Of a stretch of 64,000 nt of DNA, positions 50,745 through 61,413 are shown piece by piece. The stretch spans positions 1,024,001 through 1,088,000 of the forward strand of contig CAWGXH010000004.1 of assembly GCA_963826525.1 (NCBI GenBank). The letters run 5' to 3'. The notes beneath the pieces are model-generated. The model made no database searches and had not been told where the DNA came from. It saw nothing but the letters and a program-made list of their open reading frames with translations. Positions within the stretch are counted from its first letter, which is position 1, and each line of letters opens with the position of its first letter. The position numbers and the translations under genes are program-made. The DNA comes from an uncultured Methanomicrobiaceae archaeon (GTDB lineage: Archaea > Halobacteriota > Methanomicrobia > Methanomicrobiales > Methanoculleaceae).

Positions 50745-51042
50745 TCGCACGATCTTTCTTTTATCACCTCCTCTCTGCATCTCCCCGCAGGTCGAACGGC
50801 CCCGGGTGCTATCAGGCTACAACAGCAGGCCTTGGATGTTCCGCATCGAAGGCGGGAGCGTCCTGGCCTACGCTGACGCTGATTGGGGGATATCCGGAGC
50901 AGGGAGCGGAGATGGCAGAAAACCGGAGATGCTTTGCCGGGACCGGACGCTGGATCCGCGAGAAGTGAGGGGCGGATGTCATTTCAATACTATTAATACA
51001 TTTCATATCTGACTAAAACGATATCTGAGACTTTTTCGGATT

Positions 51043-53718
51043 ATGACGAAGATTCTCCTCGTTGACGACGAACCGGCGCTTCTGGATGTGGGAAAACTAT
51101 TTATCGAACGGGGTGGCGATGCCTCCGTCGACACCGCTTCGAGCGGAGCCGAGGCGCTGGAGAAGTTATCTTCGTGCTGCTACGACGCAATCGTCTCCGA
51201 CTACGATATGCCGGGGATGAACGGCATCGAGCTCTTAAAGGCGGTTCGCAGGGACGATGCGAGCATCCCGTTCATCATCTTCACCGGAAAAGGGCGGGAG
51301 GAGGTGGTGATCGACGCCATCAACCACGGTGCCGATTTCTACCTCCAGAAAGGAGGTGCCCCCGGTGCGCAGTTCGCCGAACTCCTGCACAAGATCCGAC
51401 AGGGGGTGCGGAGAAGGATCACGGAGAAGCGGAATGCCCATTTAAAGAGCGTCCTGCACGCGATACGGGATGTCCACCACCTGATCACCTCCGAGAAGGA
51501 TGCAGAGTCCCTGATGCGCGAGATTGCACGGCTGCTGGTCGACGCTCGCGGGTATACGCACGTCTGGATCCTGCTCCTCGACGGCGAGGGGCGGGCGGTT
51601 GCCGCCGTGGAGGCGGGGATTGGCGCGAGGTTTCAATCCTTTGCCGCGATGCTCGGCAGGGGCGAGTTCCCGTCCTGTATCCGTGCTGTCACGGACCGGG
51701 GGTGTGTCGCCACCGTCACGGACCCTGCGGTCACTTGCCGGGACTGCCCGCTCAGGTCTGATAATCGTGTCGTCGGCACCATGCTCACCCCGATCGAGGC
51801 AGGCGGGAGACTGCTCGGTGTCCTCTCGGCGACCCTGCCGCGGGAGCTTGCGATCGACGAGGAGGAGCATGCCATTTTCCGCGAACTCGGGGAGGATCTG
51901 GCCTTTGCGCTGCGGGCGAACGAGACCATCCTCCGGAGGGAGCGTGCCGAAGCTGCGCTGAAAGAGTCGGAAGAGCTCTACAGGGCGGTCTTCGAGACCA
52001 CGGGTACCGCCATGGCGATCCTGGAGGACGACCGGACGATCGCCTACGTCAACAGGGAAATGGAGCATCTTTTCGACTACTCCCGCGAAGAAGTCGAAGG
52101 AAAGATGGCGTGGACGGCTCTTGTCCCGGAGGACGAACTCGATCGGATGAAGGAGTGCCATCGCATCCGGCGGCTTGAGCCCGGTACTGCGCCGGAGAAC
52201 TACGAGTTTGTCTTCATCAACCGGCAGGGAGACCGAAAGCACGGTTTTCTCACCGTGTCCATGATCCCGGGCACGAGGCGCAGCATCGTCTCCGTGCTCG
52301 ACATCACCGGGCTCAAAGAGGCCCGGGCAGCACTACGCGAGTCCGAGGAGAAGTTCCGGTCGCTCTCCGAGTCGTCGGTCGTCGGCATCTACGTGATCAG
52401 GGACGGTCGGTTCGCGTACGTCAATCCCGCCGTGAGCGGGATCTTCGGCTATGCGCAGGAGGAGCTTTTGCGGATCTGCCCCTATGATCTTGTTCATCCC
52501 GACGACCGCGAGCTCGTCCGGGGGAATATCGCACGAAGGCTGCAGGGTGAAGCCGGCGTGAAGTACGCGTTCCGGGGGATCACGAAAGGCGGGGAGGTTA
52601 GATGGTTCGAGGTCTTCGGCGGTGCGATCACCTACGACGGCCGTCCCGCCGTTATCGGGACGCTGATCGACGTTACCGGGCACCGGGAGACCCGGCAGGC
52701 CCTCCGTGAGAGCGAGCGGAAGTACCGGTCGTTCGTCGACAATACCACGTCCGGTGTTGTGGTTGCCCAGGACGGTAGGATCCGGTATGCCAATCCCATG
52801 ATAACCGGGCACCTGGGCATGGAGCCGGGCGGCTCCGGGGATATATCGTTCGACCGCTACCTGCACCCGGGCGACCTGGAGTACGTTGCCGGGATGCACC
52901 GGCGGAGGCTGGCGGGTGAAGGCCTGCCGGAGAACTACGTGGTCCGGGTGATCGACCGCGATGGCAACACCCGCATGATGGCCATGAACGTCTCGGTGAT
53001 CGTGTGGGAAGGCCGCCCTGCGACGCTGAGTTTCCTGACCGACATCACCGAACTCGAGACGTACCGGCGGGATCTCGAGCGGGCGAATAAAAAACTGCAT
53101 ATCCTCTCCGATATTACCCGGCACGATATCCTGAACCAGCTCGGGGCGATCCGGGGCTACCTCTCGTTTATCCGGGCCGACTACCCGGATGACCCCGCTA
53201 GGTACGTCGGGAAGGTCGAGCAGGCTTCGGAGACTATCGAGCACCAGATCTCCTTCACCCGGGATTACCAGTACATGGGTGTCGTCGCCCCCGAGTGGCA
53301 GCGGATCGACCGCCTGATCGAACAGGTGCGGGCGGAGACCGATCCCGGACACGTCGATATTCTGGTCTCCACCGGGCCGCTTGAGGTCTACGCGGATCCT
53401 CTCTTCCGAAAGGTCGTCTACAACCTGCTCGACAACGCTCTCCGGCACGGTGGAGGTATCACCCGGATCGAGATTTCGTTCACCGGGACGGGAGACGGCG
53501 GGATTATCAGGTTCGAAGATGACGGAGCCGGAATCCCCGACGGGCTGAAGGAGAAGGTCTTCCGGCGCGGGGTCGGCAGCAACACCGGATACGGGCTGTT
53601 TCTGGTGCGGGAGATCCTGGATATCACCGGCATGACCATCCGGGAGACGGGGACGAAAGGCGCCGGGGCGCGGTTCGAGATATCCGTTCCGGGCGGTGTC
53701 TGCCGGATAGCACGGTGA
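51043..53718 (+). CDS. hybrid sensor histidine kinase REC-GAF-PASx3-HisKA-HATPase
   Basis: LLVDDE, SDYDMPGMNG, three PAS repeats, ITRHDILNQL, NLLDNALRHG, DDGAGI, GYGL. Confidence 0.95.
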   Translation: MTKILLVDDEPALLDVGKLFIERGGDASVDTASSGAEALEKLSSCCYDAIVSDYDMPGMNGIELLKAVRRDDASIPFIIFTGKGREEVVIDAINHGADFYLQKGGAPGAQFAELLHKIRQGVRRRITEKRNAHLKSVLHAIRDVHHLITSEKDAESLMREIARLLVDARGYTHVWILLLDGEGRAVAAVEAGIGARFQSFAAMLGRGEFPSCIRAVTDRGCVATVTDPAVTCRDCPLRSDNRVVGTMLTPIEAGGRLLGVLSATLPRELAIDEEEHAIFRELGEDLAFALRANETILRRERAEAALKESEELYRAVFETTGTAMAILEDDRTIAYVNREMEHLFDYSREEVEGKMAWTALVPEDELDRMKECHRIRRLEPGTAPENYEFVFINRQGDRKHGFLTVSMIPGTRRSIVSVLDITGLKEARAALRESEEKFRSLSESSVVGIYVIRDGRFAYVNPAVSGIFGYAQEELLRICPYDLVHPDDRELVRGNIARRLQGEAGVKYAFRGITKGGEVRWFEVFGGAITYDGRPAVIGTLIDVTGHRETRQALRESERKYRSFVDNTTSGVVVAQDGRIRYANPMITGHLGMEPGGSGDISFDRYLHPGDLEYVAGMHRRRLAGEGLPENYVVRVIDRDGNTRMMAMNVSVIVWEGRPATLSFLTDITELETYRRDLERANKKLHILSDITRHDILNQLGAIRGYLSFIRADYPDDPARYVGKVEQASETIEHQISFTRDYQYMGVVAPEWQRIDRLIEQVRAETDPGHVDILVSTGPLEVYADPLFRKVVYNLLDNALRHGGGITRIEISFTGTGDGGIIRFEDDGAGIPDGLKEKVFRRGVGSNTGYGLFLVREILDITGMTIRETGTKGAGARFEISVPGGVCRIAR

Positions 53719-53732
53719 GGGGCGTCCCCGGT

Positions 53733-54260
53733 TCACTCCGTCCGTGTATCGTCGTCTGCGGCCGGGGGAAGCGGCCAGAACCTGACGACCAGCACCGCGA
53801 TGGTGCTGCCGATGAGCACCTCGCCGAACCGGAGCGCCGCGTTGACGACCGGGCCTATCTCCGGGTTGAGGTTCGAGAAGATCATGACCGCTCCCACGGT
53901 GATCGCGGCGAGGCGGGCGTGGTCGGGCACCCGGAACACCTCGCAGATGAGGACGGTGAAGCCGATAGAGAGCGCCATGCCGACGGGGCTGAAGGGGAAG
54001 ACCAGCAGGTATGCGGCGCTCAGCACCGCCCCGAGCAGCGAACCGAAGACCCGGCGCCAGGCACTCCATTCGGTCGCGCCCATGCTTGCCTGCAGCACCA
54101 CCATCCCCGATATCATCGCCCAGAGGGCGCCGATGGACGCATACGACCCGTGGATGATATTGGTGAAGGAGTATGCCCCGAGGTATGCGACCAGGGAGAC
54201 GATGACGTACTGGACTGCGACGGTGAGCGTACCTGCGGTGATGCGTCCCGGGAACATCAT
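53733..54260 (-). CDS. FUSC-family (aromatic acid exporter-like) membrane protein
   Basis: WAMISGMVVLQ, RVFGSLLGA, RFGEVLIG; hydrophobic. Confidence 0.8.
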   Translation of the reverse strand: MMFPGRITAGTLTVAVQYVIVSLVAYLGAYSFTNIIHGSYASIGALWAMISGMVVLQASMGATEWSAWRRVFGSLLGAVLSAAYLLVFPFSPVGMALSIGFTVLICEVFRVPDHARLAAITVGAVMIFSNLNPEIGPVVNAALRFGEVLIGSTIAVLVVRFWPLPPAADDDTRTE

Positions 54261-54688
54261 AGAATAGCAATCAGGTTGCCCGGTTGCATATTATCTTCTT
54301 CGGAAGAGTATCCGGCACGATACCCTTCCACGCCCACAGGGTTTCTCCCTTACGGCTTCTTCAGGGACGGGGGGAGCGTTCTTGACGAAGGGTGGGCAGG
54401 TTTCGGCGCAGCACTTGCGAGCGTGAGGGGTTCCTGGCCGTCCGAGAGAAGGCGGATACTCCCTGCCTGAGATTCTGCATCCCGGTAGCCCGGAACATCG
54501 GGGTTTATCATCTCTTTCCGGAACAATCCTATTTTTCGCGGAATGGGCAGGCCGCTCCTTGAAAACTCCTCTCAGCAGCACTCGCAACCGTTCCGCTCCC
54601 TGCAGGCGTCGCAGAGATGGACGATTCCATGGATCTCGTGATTCGCCCGGAAAACCTGGGTACCGGGCGCTTTGCAGAGGTGGGTGAG

Positions 54689-56131
54689 TTATGAGAAACC
54701 CTTATCAAGCGTCTCCTGGCTCTCCGGGTTCAGGCCGATAACGTACACCGATTTGCCCTGCTGCTGGTATTTGTGCACGACGCGGGCTATCGCCTCCACG
54801 GCCGAGTGGTCCCAGATATGGGAGTGGGAAAAGTCGATCCGCACCCGTTCCGGGTCGCCGGTGTAGTCGAAGAGACCGATGAAAGAGGTCATCGTGCCGA
54901 AGAAGAGCTGGCCCTTCACCGTGTAGACCCTGACGCCGTCGTCCCGGAGCGTGCCCGGCGCCGAGATGACCGATATCTTCCACCCGAAGATCAGGGCGGC
55001 GAGAACGACTCCGGCGATAACCCCTTTTGCAAGATCGTGGGTGTAGACCACGATCGCAATCGTCAGGAGCATGACGCCTGCGTCCCCTGCCGGGATCTTC
55101 CGGAGATCCCGGATCGACTGCCACTCGAAGGTCCCGATCGCGACCACGATCATGACGCCGACCAGGGCGGCCATCGGTATCTGTGCGACGATATCGCCGA
55201 GCGCGATGATGAGGAAGATCAGGAAGAGGCCGGCGACGAGCGTTGAGAGCCTGCCGGTCCCTCCCGATTTGACGTTGATGACCGACTGCCCGATCATCGC
55301 GCAGCCCGCCATCCCGCCGAAGAATCCGGCGACGCAGTTTGCAAGCCCCTGCCCTCTGACCTCGCGGTCTTTGTCGCTCGCCGTGTCGGTCATCTCGTCG
55401 ACGATCGAGGCCGTCAGGAGCGACTCGAGCAGGCCGACGATGACGAGCGTCAGGGAGTAGGGCAGGATGATCAGGAGGGTCTCTGCGGTCAGCGGCACGG
55501 CGGGCAGGTGGAAGATCGGGAGCGCCCGGGTGATCGTCCCGATGTCCCCTACGGCGAGGACGTCGACTCCGAAGGCAATGGCGGCGGCCGTCATCACCAG
55601 GATGGCGACGAGCGACGACGGGACGGCTTTCGTCAGCCGGGGGAGGAGGTAGATGATGGCGATCGTCGCCGCGACCATCGCATACATCGCGAGCGAGGCG
55701 CCGACGAGGAACGGCACCTGGGCGAGGAAGATCAGGATGGCCAGGGAGTTGACGAACCCGAGGACGACCGAGTAGGGGATGAACGTGATGAACCGCCCGA
55801 CGTTCAGCTGCCCGAGGACGAACTGGAGGATGCCGGTGAGGATGGTCGCCGCCAGGAGGTATTCGAGCCCGTGGTCGCGGACCAGGACGATCATGACGAG
55901 CGCCATCGACCCGGTGGCTGCGGAGATCATTCCGGGCCTCCCGCCGGCGAAGGCGATCACGACGGCGATGCAGAACGAGGCGTAGAGCCCCACCATGGGG
56001 TCGACACCGGCGATGATGGAGAAGGCGATCGCCTCGGGGATGAGGGCAAGGGCTACGGTCATTCCGGCGAGGGTATCGCCCCGGACGTTGGAGAACCACG
56101 CTTTCTTCAGCGCGCTGCTATCTATCTGCAT
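54689..56131 (-). CDS. sulP: SulP-family anion transporter with STAS domain
   Basis: [44 protein letters not shown]. Confidence 0.95.
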   Translation of the reverse strand: MQIDSSALKKAWFSNVRGDTLAGMTVALALIPEAIAFSIIAGVDPMVGLYASFCIAVVIAFAGGRPGMISAATGSMALVMIVLVRDHGLEYLLAATILTGILQFVLGQLNVGRFITFIPYSVVLGFVNSLAILIFLAQVPFLVGASLAMYAMVAATIAIIYLLPRLTKAVPSSLVAILVMTAAAIAFGVDVLAVGDIGTITRALPIFHLPAVPLTAETLLIILPYSLTLVIVGLLESLLTASIVDEMTDTASDKDREVRGQGLANCVAGFFGGMAGCAMIGQSVINVKSGGTGRLSTLVAGLFLIFLIIALGDIVAQIPMAALVGVMIVVAIGTFEWQSIRDLRKIPAGDAGVMLLTIAIVVYTHDLAKGVIAGVVLAALIFGWKISVISAPGTLRDDGVRVYTVKGQLFFGTMTSFIGLFDYTGDPERVRIDFSHSHIWDHSAVEAIARVVHKYQQQGKSVYVIGLNPESQETLDKGFS

Positions 56132-56357
56132 CTTCAAATCCACGAAATATCCTCGGTTCAAAATATTATGAGAGGAAAAACGTTCGGCAGGCGCCGCGAG
56201 TGGTTATTCATTTCTCCGCATCGGAATTTGAAGGTTTTCCCCGTATTCGACCGGGCGCTGCATCGCCGCCATCGGTATGCCTATATGGCGCGGGCGTGAA
56301 CCATTGGGAATACGGCACGCATGCGGCCGACAGCGCCGGTTTTCGTTGGAGATTGCT

Positions 56358-56786
56358 ATGTTTCGTACGATTCTACTTGCTACGGATGGTTCGGAGAACG
56401 CCCGCCGGGCAACGGAGGCCGCAGTCACGCTTGCAGGGGAGTTCGCCCACCCGGCGGTGATCGTGGTGGTGCACGTCGCCACATCACCTCCGTCGCAGTC
56501 ACGGCTGGTCAGGGCGAACTTCGACGTCCATGCCCTCCTCGAGGAGGACGCCCGGCAGGCGGTGAAGGGGACGCTCGACCGGTTTGAGGAGGCGGGGCTC
56601 CCTTATACGCTGAAGGTTGCGCTCGGCGATCCCGTCGCGGAGATCCTTGGAGTCGCCCGGAAGGAGAATGCCGACCTGATCGTCATCGGGAGCCGGGGGC
56701 TCGGCGCCATCCGCGGAGCGGTGATGGGCAGTGTCAGCCAGAAACTCGCCCAGACCGCCGACTGTCCGGTGATGATCGTCAGGTAA
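56358..56786 (+). CDS. universal stress protein
   Basis: ILLATDGS start; DLIVIGSRG; MGSVS; CPVMIV. Confidence 0.93.
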   Translation: MFRTILLATDGSENARRATEAAVTLAGEFAHPAVIVVVHVATSPPSQSRLVRANFDVHALLEEDARQAVKGTLDRFEEAGLPYTLKVALGDPVAEILGVARKENADLIVIGSRGLGAIRGAVMGSVSQKLAQTADCPVMIVR

Positions 56787-56940
56787 CTGCCCGCAGTATC
56801 GCTCCCGCTTTTTTTTGGGCTGCACGGTTCTCCTCACGGAGCATGTCTGCCGGTGCAGTCCTCCTCATCCGGCCGGTCATGGGTGCATTCGAGCACCTCT
56901 CGTGGTGGGGCTCCGGAAGGGTCCTGCATCGTGCGGGCAC

Positions 56941-57483
56941 TCAATACCACACCCGATCCATGATCGCCCGCCCATCCTCCCGGAATCTGACTCCTTCCAT
57001 CTCGAGAAGTCTCCGTTTCATATCCCGGCCGGCCTGAAACCCGCCCGGCCGCCCGTCCGATCGCAGAGCGCGGTGGCAGGGGATGACGAGGGGAAACGGG
57101 TTGTGGGCGAGTGCATTGCCGACCGCCCGTGCAGCGCCCGGGTTCCCGAGATAGCGGGCGATGCGTCCGTATGTGCTGACATATCCCCGGGGTATGCCGT
57201 ATTCGGCGAGGAGTACGCGCCGCTGGAAGGGCGGGCACCGGTCAAGATCGAGCAGCCCGGTATCGAAATGCACGTCATGTCCCCGAAGGAAGGACTGTAT
57301 GCCGGCGATCAGCGTTCGGATGCCTTTATCCCGAGGGTTTTGAACGGAAGGCATCTCTCCGCGAATCGCCGCATCGGACCTGGGGTCGCCGGGGAGGAGG
57401 ATTCTCTGCACCTTCGGCCCCGATGCAGCGTGGAGCCAGACCAGGCGAACCTGGCCGACTGCCGTCCTGATATCGGTGACCAT
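56941..57483 (-). CDS. ogt: methylated-DNA--protein-cysteine methyltransferase
   Basis: ARAVGNALAHNP, IPCHR active site, KRRLLEME; start position uncertain. Confidence 0.9.
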   Translation of the reverse strand: MVTDIRTAVGQVRLVWLHAASGPKVQRILLPGDPRSDAAIRGEMPSVQNPRDKGIRTLIAGIQSFLRGHDVHFDTGLLDLDRCPPFQRRVLLAEYGIPRGYVSTYGRIARYLGNPGAARAVGNALAHNPFPLVIPCHRALRSDGRPGGFQAGRDMKRRLLEMEGVRFREDGRAIMDRVWY

Positions 57484-57757
57484 CGGGAGCATCGTGTCGG
57501 GAGATCGATCGATGAGTCCCGGATATGCTGCTGCCTGTGTATTATGCTCATGCCCGCTGCTCTCTCTCACACTACCCGCCGGCAGGCTACGGATGGGCGG
57601 CGGCCTTTGTCTTCACCGGGCCGCTCTTCGGTGCATCCCGGTTCGACCGGGCTAAACGGCTGCATCTCTGGTGAGGCTGCGAATGCTTCTCCCATGCAAG
57701 CGAGGTCAGAAAGAGACTATTTAACGATTTGGGGAGAGAATCGAAATTGAAATAAAA

Positions 57758-57830
57758 GGCCAGGGCCGAGATTCGAACCCGGGTCGAGGGATCCACAGTC
57801 CCTTAGGATAACCAACTACCCCACCCTGGC
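57758..57830 (-). tRNA. tRNA-His (GTG); no encoded G-1 and no encoded CCA
   Basis: Minus strand GCCAGGG...CCCTGGC-C; anticodon arm AGGGA-CT-GTG-GA-TCCCT; GGTTCGAATC T-loop. Confidence 0.95.
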
Positions 57831-58046
57831 AGGATACCCTCTTTTATTTGTACGGGGATTTGATTAATCTATCTCTTCGTCTCTGCCCCGCACCCCCCGC
57901 CATCGGGGGTTAGATGCGTTGCAGTGGTACCCCCGCGACAGGGACGGGTGGAGCGCCGTCTCTGTTTTTCCCCGGGCTTATCGTGGGCGCCTGCATCCGC
58001 GGGTGAATTATTAATAGACTCCATGTTCTATTACGTACCAGCGTAT

Positions 58047-58160
58047 GCAGTGCCGGGCGACACGGTGAGGAGATAGTTCAGTGGAAACTTCGGCGCTGAG
58101 TCGGGAAACGGCTGGAATCGCCGGGCTCCCTGCCCGAAACCATTCTTCTCCGATCACTGC
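58047..58160 (+). ncRNA. putative structured 5' leader RNA of infB
   Basis: Nested complementarities GCAGTG/CACTGC, GAGGAGA/TCTTCTC, TCAGTG/CGCTGA, TCGGG/CCCGA, CGGC/GCCG; TATA-like TTATTAAT near 58008. Confidence 0.45.
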
Positions 58161-58172
58161 CGGATGGTGAAT

Positions 58173-59957
58173 ATGATGACAAATACTTCCAAGATCAGAA
58201 CCCCGATCGTCTGCGTACTCGGGCACGTAGATCACGGAAAGACCTCGCTGCTCGATAGAATACGCGGCTCTTCCGTAGTCGACACCGAAGCGGGTGCCAT
58301 TACGCAGCATATCGGTGCGACGGTCGTTCCGATCGATGCGATAACCCGGATGGGCGGTGCTCTCTCCAAGCTGACGGTCAGCATCCCGGGTCTCCTCTTC
58401 ATCGATACCCCGGGGCACCATGCTTTCACGACGCTCCGGGCGCGCGGCGGGTCACTCGCCGATCTCGCGATTGTGGTCGTGGATATCAACGAGGGATTCA
58501 AGCCCCAGACGATCGAAGCGCTCCAGATCCTGCGCAACTACAAAACACCGTTCGTCATTGCGGCGAACAAGGTCGATCGCATCCACGGCTGGCGTGTCCA
58601 GGAGAATGCCCCCTTCGCCACGACGTTCGCCAAGCAGAACGAACGGGTGCAGGGTATCGTCGAGACGAAGATCTACGAACTCGTCGGGAAACTCTCGGAT
58701 CTCGGGTTCAACTCCGAGCGGTACGACCGGGTGCGCGACTTTGCACGGAACATCGCGATCGTGCCGACGAGTGCTATCACCGGCGAAGGCATCCCGGATG
58801 TCCTGATGATGCTGATCGGGCTTGCCCAGCGCTACATGACCGATAATCTCGCGATGAGCGTCGAGGGGCCCGGTGCCGGGACGGTGCTCGAGGTGAAAGA
58901 GGAGCGCGGTCTCGGGACAACGCTCGATGTCATCCTCTACGACGGAACGCTCAGCGTCGGCGACGAGATCGTGGTTGCGGGCCATACCCAGACGATCACC
59001 ACGAAGGTCCGGTCGCTCTTAAAGCCCCGGCCTATGAGCGAGATCCTGGTAGAGGAGAAGTTCGAGCGGGTCAAGTCCGTCACCGCCGCCGCCGGTATAA
59101 AGGTCGCCGCCCCGAAGCTCGAGGGCGTCATTGCGGGTACGCCCCTCCGTGTTATCCGGGGGGAGAACCGCGATGCGGTCGTCGAACAGGTGATGCACGA
59201 GATTCAGGACATCCAGGTGACCCTCGCCGAGGAGGGCGTCGTCATCAAGGCCGATACCATCGGGGCGCTCGAAGCCCTCTCGAAAGAGCTCGATAGCCAG
59301 GGTATCGGGGTGATGAAGGCGGAGGTCGGCCCGGTTACCCGGCATGACGTCATTGAGACAGGCACGATCAAAAATCCGCTCTACAGTGCGATTCTCGCCT
59401 TCAATACCCCGATCCTCCCCGACGCGGTCGATGCCCTGGCGGAGGCCTCCGCATCCAGCGTCAGCATCTTCGAAGGGGGCGTCATCTACAAACTCCTCGA
59501 CGAGTACGTGGAGTGGCGGGAGGAGAAGAAACGCGAGATGGAGCGGCAGCAGTTCGAGAAACTCGTCATGCCGGCGAAACTCCGCATTCTCCCGAACTGC
59601 GTCTTCCGCCAGAGCAACCCTGCCGTGGTGGGTGTTCGCATCCTCGGCGGCAAGTTGCAGAGCGACGTGAACCTGGTGCTTACGAACGGGAAGAAGGTCG
59701 GCCACCTCAAGCAGATGCAACTGCGGAGCGAGACGATCCACGAGGCCGATGCCGGCAAGGAGGTGGCGATCTCGATCGAAGGGCCGACTGTCGGCCGGCA
59801 GATCGACGTTGACGACGAGATGTACGTGGATATACCGGAGCGGCACGTAAAAGTGATCGAGCGGGAGATGCTCGACCGGCTCAACACGAGCATGCAGGAG
59901 ATCCTCGAGGAGTACACGACCATGAGGCGGCGTGACGATCCCTTCTGGGGGAAGTAG
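58173..59957 (+). CDS. infB: translation initiation factor aIF5B (IF-2)
   Basis: GHVDHGKT, GAITQHIG, DTPGH, NKVD; C-terminal DPFWGK. Confidence 0.97.
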   Translation: MMTNTSKIRTPIVCVLGHVDHGKTSLLDRIRGSSVVDTEAGAITQHIGATVVPIDAITRMGGALSKLTVSIPGLLFIDTPGHHAFTTLRARGGSLADLAIVVVDINEGFKPQTIEALQILRNYKTPFVIAANKVDRIHGWRVQENAPFATTFAKQNERVQGIVETKIYELVGKLSDLGFNSERYDRVRDFARNIAIVPTSAITGEGIPDVLMMLIGLAQRYMTDNLAMSVEGPGAGTVLEVKEERGLGTTLDVILYDGTLSVGDEIVVAGHTQTITTKVRSLLKPRPMSEILVEEKFERVKSVTAAAGIKVAAPKLEGVIAGTPLRVIRGENRDAVVEQVMHEIQDIQVTLAEEGVVIKADTIGALEALSKELDSQGIGVMKAEVGPVTRHDVIETGTIKNPLYSAILAFNTPILPDAVDALAEASASSVSIFEGGVIYKLLDEYVEWREEKKREMERQQFEKLVMPAKLRILPNCVFRQSNPAVVGVRILGGKLQSDVNLVLTNGKKVGHLKQMQLRSETIHEADAGKEVAISIEGPTVGRQIDVDDEMYVDIPERHVKVIEREMLDRLNTSMQEILEEYTTMRRRDDPFWGK

Positions 59958-60011
59958 TATTTAATATCTCAATATCAAACGTAATAGATACATTTGAAGG
60001 AGTGGCCAGAT

Positions 60012-60407
60012 ATGGTGGATTTTAAAGTAGTTCTCTCCGACCCGAACTCGGGTCGGTCATACAAAATCGACGCAACCGGCGCTGTGGCGGGTGCATTGGT
60101 CGGGAAGCGTATCGGTGAATCGATAGACGGCAATGCTCTCGGTCTTGCCGGCTATACTGTTGAGATCACCGGCGGGACGGACAAGACCGGTATTCCTGCG
60201 CGGCGGGACCTTCCCGGCTCGGGACGCAAAAGGCTGCTCCTCTCGGAGAGCACCGGGTTTCACCCCACGTACGACGGCGAACGCCGCCGGAAATCCATTC
60301 GCGGCGGCGAGATCAACCAGGACTTCGTCCAGATCAATGCCATCGTGAAGACCTACGGCGAGAAGTCGCTGCAGGACTATTTCGGACCGAAGGAAGCTGC
60401 AGAATAA
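60012..60407 (+). CDS. rps6e: 30S ribosomal protein S6e
   Basis: FKVVLSDP, ITGGTDKTG, GERRRKSIRG. Confidence 0.96.
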   Translation: MVDFKVVLSDPNSGRSYKIDATGAVAGALVGKRIGESIDGNALGLAGYTVEITGGTDKTGIPARRDLPGSGRKRLLLSESTGFHPTYDGERRRKSIRGGEINQDFVQINAIVKTYGEKSLQDYFGPKEAAE

Positions 60408-60408
60408 A

Positions 60409-60879
60409 TCAACTCCTATTTTTCTTCGATACGCTCGTGATCAGGGCATCGAGTTTGTCCTCGAACGGGACGGCGTATCGCTTTGCTATCAGCACGACTG
60501 CCGCCTCCACGCTGAGGTTGCCGTCGAAGTGATCGGTAATGATCGGGTTGAGCTCGGCCACGATCTGGTTCGGCGATCTGCCGGTTGCAGCCGCAATACG
60601 CCCGATGAGTTCTTCGTACGGGTTCTCTTCTTCGAGTATCCCCGACGTGGGTTTGAACCCGAGCGGGACGGTCACCCCGGCGACATCGAAGAGCGGTCTG
60701 ATAAAGCCACCGTCTACCTCGACAAGCCCGTCCGCCCGTGCGCGCTCCAGCAGCCGATTCGCCTGCTCTTTGTTCATCCACTTCCGGTCGATGGCGATAT
60801 AGAAGATGAACTCGCTCTTCTGCAGCCGATCTTTCCGCATATGTTTGAACGGCGCGGCGACGGCGATCGTCAGGCTCAC
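60409..60879 (-). CDS. DUF2240 family protein
   Basis: GTG start VSLTIAVAAPF; YIAIDRKW; VPLGFKP. Confidence 0.85.
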   Translation of the reverse strand: MSLTIAVAAPFKHMRKDRLQKSEFIFYIAIDRKWMNKEQANRLLERARADGLVEVDGGFIRPLFDVAGVTVPLGFKPTSGILEEENPYEELIGRIAAATGRSPNQIVAELNPIITDHFDGNLSVEAAVVLIAKRYAVPFEDKLDALITSVSKKNRS

Positions 60880-61298
60880 TCGCAGGCACCCTTGAGCAGC
60901 GTTCGAAGGTCCATCGCGTCCATGCCGCCGTGCTGCCCCTCTTTTGCCACGAAGCATTCGGTATAGGCGCCTCTGTCCGCGACTCTGAGCAGAAAGATAT
61001 TCGCGGAGACGGGAAGACGGCGTTCCGGGGTGAGGAGTGTCTCCTGCAGGTCGATCCGGAAGTCGGCAGTCTCGGATACGGTCTCTTCGAGCGGCGGCAG
61101 GGAATCGAGAGATACGAACTGCGTCCTGCCGTCGGATATCTGGAGGAGTATCCTCCGCTTGAGGAGGCCGTTGTCCTGCCGCTCCGTCGTGTGGGTGTTG
61201 TGGAGCCGCTGCAGGCACCGCAGGAGGTCATGGAACGGGCGATGTACTTCGAAGTCGAGATCGATGTTCTGGGGGAACCGATGGTAGACTCTGCGCAT
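60876..61298 (-). CDS. hypothetical protein
   Basis: 140-aa ORF whose stop overlaps the DUF2240 start (GTGA). Confidence 0.65.
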   Translation of the reverse strand: MRRVYHRFPQNIDLDFEVHRPFHDLLRCLQRLHNTHTTERQDNGLLKRRILLQISDGRTQFVSLDSLPPLEETVSETADFRIDLQETLLTPERRLPVSANIFLLRVADRGAYTECFVAKEGQHGGMDAMDLRTLLKGACE

Positions 61299-61413
61299 TG
61301 GTACAATTGAGGATCTGGGAACGTAAAAAGAATATGATCTCCGGGAGATGCTCCGGAGACGGGCGCCGAAAGGTTTTCATCCTTCGCGGCGGGTATCCCT
61401 CTCCCACGAGGGG

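Noticed and set aside
56162-56350. Fluoride riboswitch upstream of sulP (GGCGATG...CGCC on the minus strand)
   Set aside because: The downstream conserved elements and pseudoknot partner are not visible.
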